The position numbers and the translations under genes were made by a program. The notes beneath the pieces are model-generated. The model was not told the DNA's origin and did no database searches. It saw only the letters and a list, made by a program, of their open reading frames with translations. DNA of 64,000 nucleotides from Scyliorhinus canicula (lineage: Eukaryota). Where the stretch lies: assembly GCF_902713615.1 (NCBI RefSeq), contig NC_052151.1:372001-436000 (forward strand), read 5' to 3'. Below, in pieces: positions 41,264 through 51,420 of the stretch; positions within the stretch are counted from its first letter, which is position 1; every line of letters begins with the position of its first letter.

Positions 41264-41279
41264 ATGAATCATGTGGATG
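41264..41279 (+). other. 3' part of a candidate upstream exon of LBH-like (ATG AAT CAT GTG GAT G | GTGAGT donor)
   Basis: Consensus donor ATG|GTGAGT at 41279/41280 in the only unique island between two arrays. Phase 1 matches the frame of the downstream exon. The 5' boundary is unknown. Confidence 0.5.
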
Positions 41280-41342
41280 GTGAGTGTGTTGCGTAGAAAG
41301 CGCAGCCTCTCCATCTCTGAGAGTTAAAATCGCTGTGCACTG

Positions 41343-42340
41343 AGGAGGTGACTGTTTGTGTTTTCTCCCAGGCCTGTGTGCTGAGGTGACTGTGTGTTTG
41401 TGTTTACTCCCAGGCCTGTGTGCTGAGGTGACTGTGTGTTTGTGTTTACTCCCAGGCCTGTGTGCTGAGGTGACTGTGTGTTTGTGTTTACTCCCAGGCC
41501 TGTGTGCTGAGGTGACTGTGTGTTTGTGTTTTCTCCCAGGCCTGTGTGCTGAGGTGACTGTGTGTTTGTGTTTACTCCCAGGCCTGTGTGCTGAGGTGAC
41601 TGTGTGTTTGTGTTTACTCCCAGGCCTGTGTGCTGAGGTGACTGTGTGTTTGTGTTTACTCCCAGGCCTGTGTGCTGAGGTGACTGTGTGTTTGTGTTTA
41701 CTCCCAGGCCTGTGTGCTGAGGTGACTGTGTGTTTGTGTTTACTCCCAGGCCTGTGTGCTGAGGTGACTGTGTGTTTGTGTTTACTCCCAGGCCTGTGTG
41801 CTGAGGTGACTGGTTGTGTTTACTCCCAGGCCTGTGTGCTGAGGTGACTGTGTGTTTGTGTTTACTCCCAGGCCTGTGTGCTGAGGTGACTGTGTGTTTG
41901 TGTTTACTCCCAGGCCTGTGTGCTGAGGTGACTGTGTGTTTGTGTTTACTCCCAGGCCTGTGTGCTGAGGTGACTGTGTGTTTGTGTTTACTCCCAGGCC
42001 TGTGTGCTGAGGTGACTGTGTGTTTGTGTTTACTCCCAGGCCTGTGTGCTGAGGTGACTGTGTGTTTGTGTTTACTCCCAGGCCTGTGTGCTGAGGTGAC
42101 TGTGTGTTTGTGTTTACTCCCAGGCCTGTGTGCTGAGGTGACTGTGTGTTTGTGTTTACTCCCAGGCCTGTGTGCTGAGGTGACTGTGTGTTTGTGTTTA
42201 CTCCCAGGCCTGTGTGCTGAGGTGACTGTGTGTTTGTGTTTACTCCCAGGCCTGTGTGCTGAGGTGACTGTGTGTTTGTGTTTACTCCCAGGCCTGTGTG
42301 CTGAGGTGACTGTGTGTTTGTGTTTACTCCCAGGCCTGTG
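41343..42340. repeat. 42-bp tandem array GCCTGTGTGCTGAGGTGACTGTGTGTTTGTGTTTACTCCCAG (24 acceptor copies)
   Basis: First CCCAG ends at 41371 and the last at 42333. The 962-bp spacing equals 22x42 plus one 38-bp unit near 41810. Confidence 0.97.
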
Positions 42341-42353
42341 AGCTGCTGACGCT

Positions 42354-42428
42354 ATGACTGGGGTGGTGAATTCTGGCTCCATTGATCAGATGGAACTCAG
42401 TTCCCGCAAGGACACGCTGTGTTTCCAG
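42354..42428 (+). CDS. lbh: LBH-family protein, coding exon A (MTGVVNSGSIDQMELSSRKDTLCFQ)
   Basis: Resembles the LBH segment MTEVMMNTQPMEEIGLSPRKDGLSYQ (from memory). Acceptor CCCAG at 42333 and phase-0 donor CAG|GTTAGT at 42428/42429. Confidence 0.85.
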
Positions 42429-42577
42429 GTTAGTCCGTTCAGTCAGGGAATGGCTGTTAAAGCTCGAGAACATCTTCAATAACAATCATTTCTTATCGGT
42501 CAGCAGCCAGATTGGGCAATGTCAGTTTGGCTTTCAAAAGCTGAATAAAGGTGAGAGGGGTCCCCAAATTGTGAGAT

Positions 42578-45500
42578 TCCAGATCCCCAGCCAGTGATCC
42601 CAGTGCCAGATCCCCAGCCAGTGATCTCAGGGCCAGATCCCCATCCAGTGATCCCAGTGCCAGATCCCCATCCAGTGATCTCAGGGCCAGATCCCCATCC
42701 AGTGATCCCAGTGCCAGATCCATAGCCAGTGATCTCAGTGCCAGATCCCCAGCCAGTGATCTCAGTGCCAGATCCCCAGCCCGTGACCCAGCTCCAGATC
42801 CCCAGCCAGTGATCTCAGTGCCAGGTCCCCAGCCAGTGATCTCAGTGCCAGGTCCCCAGCCAGTGATCTCAGCCCCAGATCCTCAGCCAGTGATCTCAGC
42901 CCCAGATCCTCAGCCAGTGATCTCAGCCCCAGATCCCCAGCCAGTGATCTCTGTGCCAGATCCCCAGTCAGTGATCTCAGTGCCAGATCCCCAGCCCGTG
43001 ACCCAGCTCCAGATCCCCAGCAGGTGATCTCAGTGCCAGATCCCCAGTCAGTGATCTCAGTGCCAGATCCAAAGCCAGTGATCTCAGTGTCAGTTCCCCA
43101 GCTAGTGATCCCAATGCCAGATCCCCAGCCAGTGATCTCTGTGCCAGATCCCCAGTCAGTGATCTCAGTGCCAGATCCCCAGCACGTGACCCAGCTCCAG
43201 ATTCTCAGCCAGTGATCCCAATGCCAGATCCCCAGCCAGTGATCTCAGTACCAGACCCCAGCCAGTGATCTCAGTCCCAGATCCCCCGCCAGCGATCCCA
43301 GCGCCAGATCCCCAGCCAGTGATTTTAGCACCAGATCCACAGCCAGTGATCCCAGTGCCAGATCCCCAGCCAGTGACCCAGCTCCAGATCCCCAGGCAGT
43401 GTTCCCAGTGCCAGATCCCCAGCCAGTGACCCAGCTCCAGATCCACAGCCAGTGATCCCAGTGCCAGGTCCCCAGCCAGTGATCTCAGGGCCAGATCCCC
43501 ATCCAGTGATCCCAGTGCCAGATCCCCAGCCAGCGATCCCAGTGCCAGGTCCCCAGCCAGTGATCTCAGGGCCAGATCCCCATCCAGTGATCCCAGTGCC
43601 AGATCCCCAGCCAGCGATCCCAGCGCTAGATCCCCAGCCAGTGATCTCAGTGCCAGATCCCCAGTCAGTGATCTCAGTACCAGATCCCCAGGTAGTGATC
43701 CCAATGCCAGATCCCCAGCCAGTGATCTCAGTGCCAGATCCCCAGCCCGTGACCCAGCTCCAGATTCCCAGCCAGTGATCTCAGTGTCAGATCCCCAGTC
43801 AGTGATCTCAGTACCAGATCCCCAGCCAGTGATCTCAGTCCCAGATACCCAGCCAGTGATCTCAGTCCCAGATCACCAGCCAGTGTTCCCAGTGCCAGAT
43901 CCCCAGCCAGTGATCTTAGCACCAGATCCACAGCCAGTGATCCCAGTGCCAGATCCCCAGCCAGTGACCCAGCTCCAGATCCCCAGCCAGTGATCCCCGT
44001 GCCAGATCCCAAGCCAGTGATCTCAGTGCCAGATCCCCAGCCAGTGTTCCCAGTGCCAGATCCCCAGCCAGTGATCTCTGTGCCAGATTCCCAGTCAGTG
44101 ACCTCAGTGCCAGATCCCCAGCCAGTGATCTCAGCCCCAGATCCTCAGCCAGTGATCCCAATGCCAGATCCCCAGCCAGTGATCTCTGTGCCAAATCCCC
44201 AGTCAGTGATGTCAGTGCCAGATCCCCAGCCAGTGATCTCAGTCCCAGATCACCAGCCAGTGTTCCCAGTGCCAGATCCCCAGCCAGCGATCCCAGCGCC
44301 AGATCCCCAGCCAGTGATCTTAGCACCAGATCCCCAGCCAGTGACCCAGCTCCAGATCCCCAGCCAGTGATCCCCGTGCCAGATCCCCAGCCAGTGATCT
44401 CAGGGCCAGATCCCCATCCAGTGATCCCAGTGCCAGATCCCCAGCCAGCGATCCCAGCGCTAGATCCCCAGCCAGTGATCTCAGTGCCAGATCCCCAGCC
44501 AGTGATCTCAGCCCCAGATCCTCAGCCAGTGATCCCAATGCCAGATCCCCAGCCAGTGATCCCAGTGCCAGATCCCCAGCCAGTGATCCCAGAGCCTGAT
44601 CCCCAGCCAGTGATCTCAGTCCCAGATCCTCCTCCAGTGATCTCAGCCACAGATCCCCAGCCAGTGATCCCAGAGCCTGATCCCCAGCCAGTAATTCCAG
44701 CACCAGAACCATAGTCAGTAGCCCCAGAGCCTGATCCACAGCGAGTGATCTCATTGCCAGACCCCCAGCCAGCGATCCCAGCGCCAGATCCCCAGCCAGT
44801 GATCTCAGCCCCAGATCCACAGCCAGTGATCTCAGCCCCAGATCCCCAGCCAGTGATTCCAGCCCCAGATCCTCAGTCAATGATGCCAGTCCCAGATCCC
44901 CAGCCAGTGATCCCAGCACCAGATCCCCAGCCAGTGGTCTCAGTCCCAGATCCCCAGCCAGTGATCTCAGCACCAGATCCACAGCCAGTGATCTCAGCCC
45001 CAGATCCCCAGCCAGTGATTCCAGCCCCAGATCCTCAGTCAATGATGCCAGTCCCAGATCTCCAGCCAGTGATCCCAGCACCAGATCCCCAGCCAGTGGT
45101 CTCAGTCCCAGATCCCCAGCCAGTGATCTCAGTGCCAGATCCACAGCCAGTGATCTCAGTCCCAGATCCCCAGCCAGTGATCTCAGTCCCAGATCCCCAG
45201 CCAGTGATCTCAGCGCCAGATCCACAGCCAGTGATCTCAGTCCCAGATCCTCAGTCAATGATGCCAGTCCCAGATCCCCAGCCAGTGATCTCAGTCCCAG
45301 ATCCCCAGCCAGTGATTCCAGCACCAGAATCACAGCCAGTGATCCTAGTCCTGAACCTCCAGACAGTGATCCTAGCTAGATCCACAGCCAGCGATCTTAC
45401 CACCAGATGTAGAGCCAGTGATCCCAGCCCCAGATCCCTAGCCAGAGATTCCAGAGCCTGATCCACAGCATGTAATCTCTGTGTCAGATCCACAGCCAGT

Positions 45501-47098
45501 GATCCCAATGCTAGATTCTCAGCCAGTGATTTCAGCACCAGATCCTCCTCCAGTGATCTCAGCCACAGATCCCCAGCCAGTGATCTCAGTGCCAGATCCC
45601 CAGCCAGTGATCTCAGTCCCAGATCCCCAGCCAGTGATCTCAGCGCCAGATCCACAGCCAGTGATCTCAGTCCCAGATCCCCAGCCAGCGATCCCAGCGC
45701 CAGATCCCCAGCCAGTGATCTTAGCACCAGATCCCCAGCCAGTGACCCAGCTCCAGATCCCCAGCCAGTGATCCCCGTGCCAGATCCCCATCCAGTGATA
45801 TCAGGGCCAGATCCCCATCCAGTGATCCCAGTGCCAGATCCCCAGCCAGCGATCCCAGCGCTAGATCCCCAGCCAGTGATCTCAGTGCCAGATCCCCAGC
45901 CAGTGATCTCAGCCCCAGATCCTCAGCCAGTGATCCCAATGCCAGATCCCCAGCCAGTGATCCCTGTGCCAGATCCCCAGCCAGTGATCCCAGAGCCTGA
46001 GCCCCAGCCAGTGATCTCAGTCCCAGATCCTCCTCCAGTGATCTCAGCCACAGATCCCCAGCCAGTGATCCCAGAGCCTGATCCCCAGCCAGTGATCTCA
46101 GTCCCAGATCCCCAGCCAGTGATCTCAGCACCAGATCCACAGCCAGTGATCTCAGCCCCAGATCCCCAGCCAGTGATTCCAGCCCCAGATCCTCAGTCAA
46201 TGATGCCAGTCCCAGATCCCCAGCCAGTGATCCCAGCACCAGATCCCCAGCCAGTGGTCTCAGTCCCAGATCCCCAGCCAGTGATCTCAGCGCCAGATCC
46301 ACAGCCAGTGATCTCAGTCCCAGATCCCCAGCCAGTGATCTCAGTCCCAGATCCCCAGCCAGTGATCTCAGCGCCAGATCCACAGCCAGTGATCTCAGTC
46401 CCAGATCCTCAGTCAATGATGCCAGTCCCAGATCCCCAGCCAGTGATCTCAGTCCCAGATCCCCAGCCAGTGATTCCAGCACCAGAATCACAGCCAGTGA
46501 TCCTAGTCCTGAACCTCCAGACAGTGATCCTAGCTAGATCCACAGCCAGCGATCTTACCACCAGATGTAGAGCCAGTGATCCCAGCCCCAGATCCCTAGC
46601 CAGAGATTCCAGAGCCTGATCCACAGCATGTAATCTCTGTGTCAGATCCACAGCCAGTGATCCCAGTGCTAGATTCTCAGACAGTGATTTCAGCACCAGA
46701 TCCTCCTCCAGTGATCTCAGCCACAGATCCCCAGCCAGTGATCTCAGTGCCAGATCCCCAGCCAGTGATCTCAGTCCCAGATCCCCAGCCAGTGATCCCA
46801 GCGCCAGATCCACAGCCAGTGATCTCAGTCTCAGATCCCCAGCCAGTGATCCCAGTGCCAGATACCCAGCCCGTGATCTCAGTGCCAGATCCACAGCCAG
46901 TGATCTCAGTCCCAGATCCCCAGCCAGTGATCCCAGCGCCAGATCCCCAGCCAGTGATCCCAGTGCCAGATCCCCAGCCAGTGATCCCAGTGCCAGATCC
47001 CCAGCCAGTGTACCCAGTCCCAAATCCTCAGCCACTGATCCCAGTGCCAGATCCCTATCTGGTGATTCCTGCTCCAGATCCCAATCCAGTGAATCCAG
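42578..47098. repeat. 27-bp intronic minisatellite CCAGATCCCCAGCCAGTGATCTCAGTG with higher-order structure
   Basis: About 165 units filling most of LBH intron 42429-47281. Confidence 0.96.
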
Positions 47099-47281
47099 TT
47101 GCTTAGTGAAGCCCGGGATTGGGTTATAGATGGATGCAGGTCTTGGTGGACTGTGGGAGGGACTGCGGGTGGTGGGGTAGTAGTGCTTATTCAAACAGTG
47201 ATGATGAGAAGGGTCTCCAGTGTTGGAAGGTGCCCAGTCTCCCTGACCTGTCCCTCACTATTATCTTCTTTTCTTGCCCAG

Positions 47282-47476
47282 ATATTTCCTGATCCCTCCG
47301 ACTTTGACCATTTCTGTCGACTGAAAGATCGTCTCCCATCCATTGTGGTGGAACCAAGTGAGGGAGAGGTGGAGAGTGGGGAACTGCGATGGCCACCAGA
47401 GGAGATGGTGGTCACTGAGGAAGTAAGTGCGGAAGCCAGCAAAGAGAGTGAGACGCTGGTCAGTATGGAGCAATAA
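47282..47476 (+). CDS. lbh: LBH-family protein, terminal coding exon (IFPDPSDFDHFCRLKDRLPSIVVEPSEGEVESGELRWPPEE...MEQ*)
   Basis: Signature LBH domain RLPSIVVEP.EGEVESGELRWPPEE. Polypyrimidine acceptor ending CCCAG at 47281 and TAA at 47474-47476. The spliced product is 89 aa; it may be an lbh-like paralog rather than the LBH ortholog. Confidence 0.95.
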   Translation: MFPDPSDFDHFCRLKDRLPSIVVEPSEGEVESGELRWPPEEMVVTEEVSAEASKESETLVSMEQ

Positions 47477-47493
47477 CTGAACCTCTCACGAAC

Positions 47494-47499
47494 AATAAA
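47494..47499 (+). promoter_or_regulatory. Candidate polyadenylation signal AATAAA
   Basis: 18 nt after the stop codon. Alternative AATAAA sites at ~47973 and ~48024. Confidence 0.3.
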
Positions 47500-48089
47500 C
47501 TGAGTGCCTCTGGAGAAGGTGAGAGGATGAAGATCTTCCCGCTGGAAGCCAAACCAGGGGGAGGACTACCCTTGAGGCCTGGCCTGGATAGGCTTGGCCT
47601 GGAATTTCTGGACATTTCCAGAGACCTCAGATTGTGTGGGCTTGCTGTAAGTGTGCTGTCCTGTTCGGCGGATAGACGCTTCTATCCTTTACAAAGCCTC
47701 AGAACTATTATTTTTTTCCTCAGTGTTTTGTTTACTGAACTGTGATATCTGCAATGAGATTTGAGGGGGGGTTGTGCCAAGGCCTGTCACTGTATATTTG
47801 CAGTTGGCACCAATCCCATCAACCACATGCAAAGTGTTAGAACCCACACGGGTCTGACGGGGTCGGAATGATTAACTACCCTGTGCACCTTCCAGCTCCC
47901 TCGGTAAGGGAATGGGGACCTTTACCAATGCCTGACTGTGCATCAATAGAGTTGGCCAGTCAGGCAGTGAGTAATAAAGGCCCAGTGGGGAGCTACTGGA
48001 GATGTATATAATAGTAGTTGTAAAATAAAGTAGATTTTGCTTCACAAACTTGGTGTGGACTCTTTGTGGCCTTTACAAAATAATACTAC

Positions 48090-48670
48090 TGTTTAGAAAA
48101 CACCAAAGTATATCATAGAGTTCACCTGACCTACAACTGTTTATTAATTTTGGTTATGGGGAGCACAAGGGCCTTCCTTTCAAATGTTATTCAACAGAGA
48201 CCTTAAGCACTTTTAATCAAAAACAAAGTTTATTCTACAAAGTTAGTTAACATTTGTATAAACACACACAGGAAGAATTTTCATCAACAACAAACGTTGA
48301 TTTGTAGTTGATCTGTGTCACACAGCTACAGTAATCTATGCATAACCCTTAATGAATTCCCTCTTAACTGTTCCAATTCACTGACAAGTAAAACTAGAAA
48401 CCCCTTTTCAAAGGTGGGGCTCAGCACCCGGCATTCTTACTGGTATAAGACTTGTTATTGATGCTCTGTTCCCCTTTTCAAACAGCAGGTTTGAATTACT
48501 TCCGGAAAGCAATTATCTCTTTTAAGTTATCAATAAGTCTGGAAACAACTTTTAAAATGAAGCTGGAGAAACACTTCTTTCAACCTGTGCAGTTCAAACC
48601 CAGTCCAAAACTCAAAGCGAAAAGTAAAACCCAGAGCCACAGCCCAGCTCCGCCCACATAACGACATCAC
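48090..48670 (-). mobile_element. Probable LTR fragment
   Basis: Non-coding, with minus-strand AATAAA signals and an LTR-like appearance. Boundaries are uncertain. Confidence 0.35.
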
Positions 48671-48955
48671 GCCTTTACAAAACAATGCTACTCTGTAAGA
48701 AAACTAAAAGTGGTTCAAACGTACACGGCCTCGGAGACGCTCAGGATCCTCACCCCCACGATTCCCTGAGCGATTAGAACGGTCAAGCCCTGCCTCTTGG
48801 TCCTGCATAGGCCTGGACCCTGCCAGTCACATACACATACAAACATAGAAAGGAGGAGTAGGAAGAGGCCTTCGAGCCTGCTCCAACATTATTTTATGGG
48901 ATGTGGGAGTCGCTGGCTGGACCAGCATTTATTACCCATCGTGGAGGGCATTTAA

Positions 48956-49304
48956 AAAAAAAAATCTTTTTATTGCCATTTTTCATATTTATAAACAGTT
49001 GTCTATATCCATCATTTTTTTCTTGCCCGCACTAATTTACTTTATTGTACAGAAAGGTTTATTTAGCGGTGAGCGGTTTAGCTCACTGGGCTAAATCACT
49101 GGCTTTCAAAGCAGACCAAGGCAGGCCAGCAGCACGGTTCAATTCCCGTACCAGCCTCCCCGGACAGGCGCCGGAATGTGGTGACTAGGGGCTTTTCACA
49201 GTAACTTCATTGAAGCCTACTCGTGACAATAAGCCATTTTCATTTCATTTTGTCCTTCATTTAACTGCCCTCTGGATCGATCTATAGTTCCACCCCTTCC
49301 CCGT

Positions 49305-49339
<35 letters not shown>

Positions 49340-49686
49340 GGTTGCGCAGTCCTTTGCTTCCTCGTCTATCTTGGGTTTTTAACCTTGGCTTACTCCTCGC
49401 TGCCGGCCTCGAGCAGGTTTTGGAACAGGACGACGAACTGCCCCCAGTATCCAGGAAGCCTTCCTCTGACCCTCGGATGGCGTACTGAATCTTCTCCAGG
49501 TGGAGAGATTCCGAGAGGTCAGCGAGCCAGTCTGCAGCTTTGGGCGGTGCTGCCGATCGCCAGCCGAGCGGGATTCTCCGGCGTGCGATTAGGGAAGCGA
49601 AAGCAAGGGCATTGGCCCCCTTCCCCATGTGTAGCTCTGGCTGCTCCGATACCCCGAAGATTGCCACAATTGGGCATGGTTTCCAA
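48956..49686 (-). mobile_element. L1/Tx1-clade LINE 3' end with 12-bp TSD
   Basis: ORF2 C-terminus ALAFASLIARRRI.LGWRSAAPP..DWL.DL, minus-strand AATAAA near the end, and GAGGGCATTTAA at 48944-48955 and 49687-49698. Confidence 0.8.
49068..49250 (+). mobile_element. tRNA-derived SINE nested in the L1/Tx1 3'UTR
   Basis: Near-identical to 13218-13435. Confidence 0.85.
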
Positions 49687-49720
49687 GAGGGCATTTAAGA
49701 GTCAACCACATTGCTGTGAG

Positions 49721-50819
49721 ACTCCTACCTCAGACTCCTATTCATTGACTACAGCTCCGCCTTCAACACCATAATCCCAACTAAGCTCATATCAAAGCTC
49801 CAAAACCTAGGACTAGGCTCTCCACTCTGCAACTGGATCCTCGATTTTCTGACCCACAGACCACAATCAGTAAGAATCAACAACACCTCCTCCACAATAG
49901 TCCTCAATACCGGTGCCCTGCAAGGCTGTGTACTTAGCCCCCTACTCTACTCCCTGTACACACACGACTGCGTGGCAAAACTTGGTTCCAACTCCATGTA
50001 CAAGTTTGCTGACGATACGACCATAATGGGCCGGATCTCGAATAACGATGAGTCAGAATACAGGAGGGAGATAGAGAACCTAGTGGAGTGGTGTAGCGAA
50101 AATAATCTCTCCATCAATGCCAGCAAAACTAAAGAGCTGGTCATCGACTTCAGGAAGCAAAGTACTGTACACACCCCTGTCAGCATCAACGGAGCCGAGG
50201 TGGAGATGGTTAGCAGTTTCAAATTCCTAGGGGTGCACATCACCAACAATCTGTCCTGGTCCACCCACGTCGACGCTATCACCAAGAAAGCACAACAGCG
50301 CCTATACTTCCTCAGGAAACTAAGGAAATTCGGTATGTCCACATTAACCCTTACCAACTTTTACAGATGCACTATGGAGAGCATCCTATCGGGCTGCATC
50401 ACAGCCTGGTATGGCAACTGCTCGGCCCAGGACCGCAAGGAACTTCAGAGAGTCGTGAATATCGCCCAATCATCACACGAACCCAGCTTATTCACTCTTC
50501 CAACTTCTTCCATCGGGCAGGAGATACAGAAGTCTGAGAACACGCACGAACAGACTCAAAAACAGCTTCTTCCCCACTGTCACCAGACTCCTAAATGACC
50601 CTCTTATTGACTGACCTCATTAACACTACACCCTGTATGCTTCATCCGTGCCGGTGCTTATGTAGTTACATTTTGTATATCTTGTGTTTCCCTATTATGT
50701 ATTTTCTTTTTATTCCCTTTTCTTCCCATGTACTGAATGATCTGTTGAGCTGCTCGCAGAAAAATATTTTTCACTGTACCTCGGTACACGTGACAATAAA
50801 CAAAATCCATCCAATCAAA
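49721..50819 (+). mobile_element. Rex1/Babar-clade LINE RT and 3' end
   Basis: [69 protein letters not shown] and an (ATCCA)n-type tail. Confidence 0.88.
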
Positions 50820-51060
50820 TGTAGGCCAGACCAGGTAAGGACGGCAGATTTCCTTCCCTAAAGGACATTACTGAACCAGATGGGTTTTTACTACAATCGA
50901 TAATGGTTTCTTGGTCATTGTTAGACTTTTAATTCCAGATTTTTATTGAATCCAAAGTTCACCATCTCCAGTGATGGGATTTGAACCCAGATCCCCAGAG
51001 CATTACTCTGGGTCTCTGGATTACTAGTCCAGTTAGGATAACACCACTCCACTGCCTCCC

Positions 51061-51420
51061 CTATTCATTATGATCACGGTCCAACTCAATAGCCTAACCC
51101 CACTTTCTCCCCCATATTCTTTGATCTCCTTCGCTTTAAGTGCCATGTCTAACTGCTTCGTGAAAATATATAATGTTTTAGCATCAACTACTTCCTGGGG
51201 TGATGAATTCCACAGGCCGACCATTCTCTGGGTGAAGAAATGTCTCCTTATCTCCGTCTGGAATGGTTTACCCAGAATCCTCAGGCTGTGACCCCTGATT
51301 CTGGACACACCCATCATTGGTAACATCTTCCCTGCATCTACCCTGTCTAGTCCTGTTAGAATTTTATACGTCTCTATGAGATCCCCCTCATTCTTCTGAA
51401 CTCCAGCGAGAACAATCCTG
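51061..51420 (-). mobile_element. CR1 LINE 3' fragment (its tail continues at ~48835-48890)
   Basis: RGHSLRILGKPFQTEIRRHFFTQRMVGLWNS, closely related to 14808-15503. Confidence 0.85.

Larger units (their letters stand above)
48896..51060 (-). mobile_element. tRNA-Thr(AGT)-like SINE split into three pieces (48896-48955, 49687-49720, 50820-51060)
   Basis: The minus-strand head has CTGGA-CTAGTAA-TCCAG and GGATCTGGGTTCAAATCCCA. The pieces rejoin across the inserted LINE fragments. Confidence 0.7.

Noticed and set aside
42339-42341. Selenocysteine TGA in an LBH N-terminal extension
   Set aside because: No SECIS was identified and LBH is not a known selenoprotein. A nonsense change, uORF stop or base error is simpler.
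42809-47106. PDPQPVISV repeat protein or mucin-like exon
   Set aside because: It lies in the phase-0 intron between two LBH exons that join cleanly, and its frames break repeatedly.
47099-47281. N-terminal part of the 125-aa ORF as LBH coding sequence
   Set aside because: Homology begins at IFPDP, right after a strong acceptor. The upstream part is intron.
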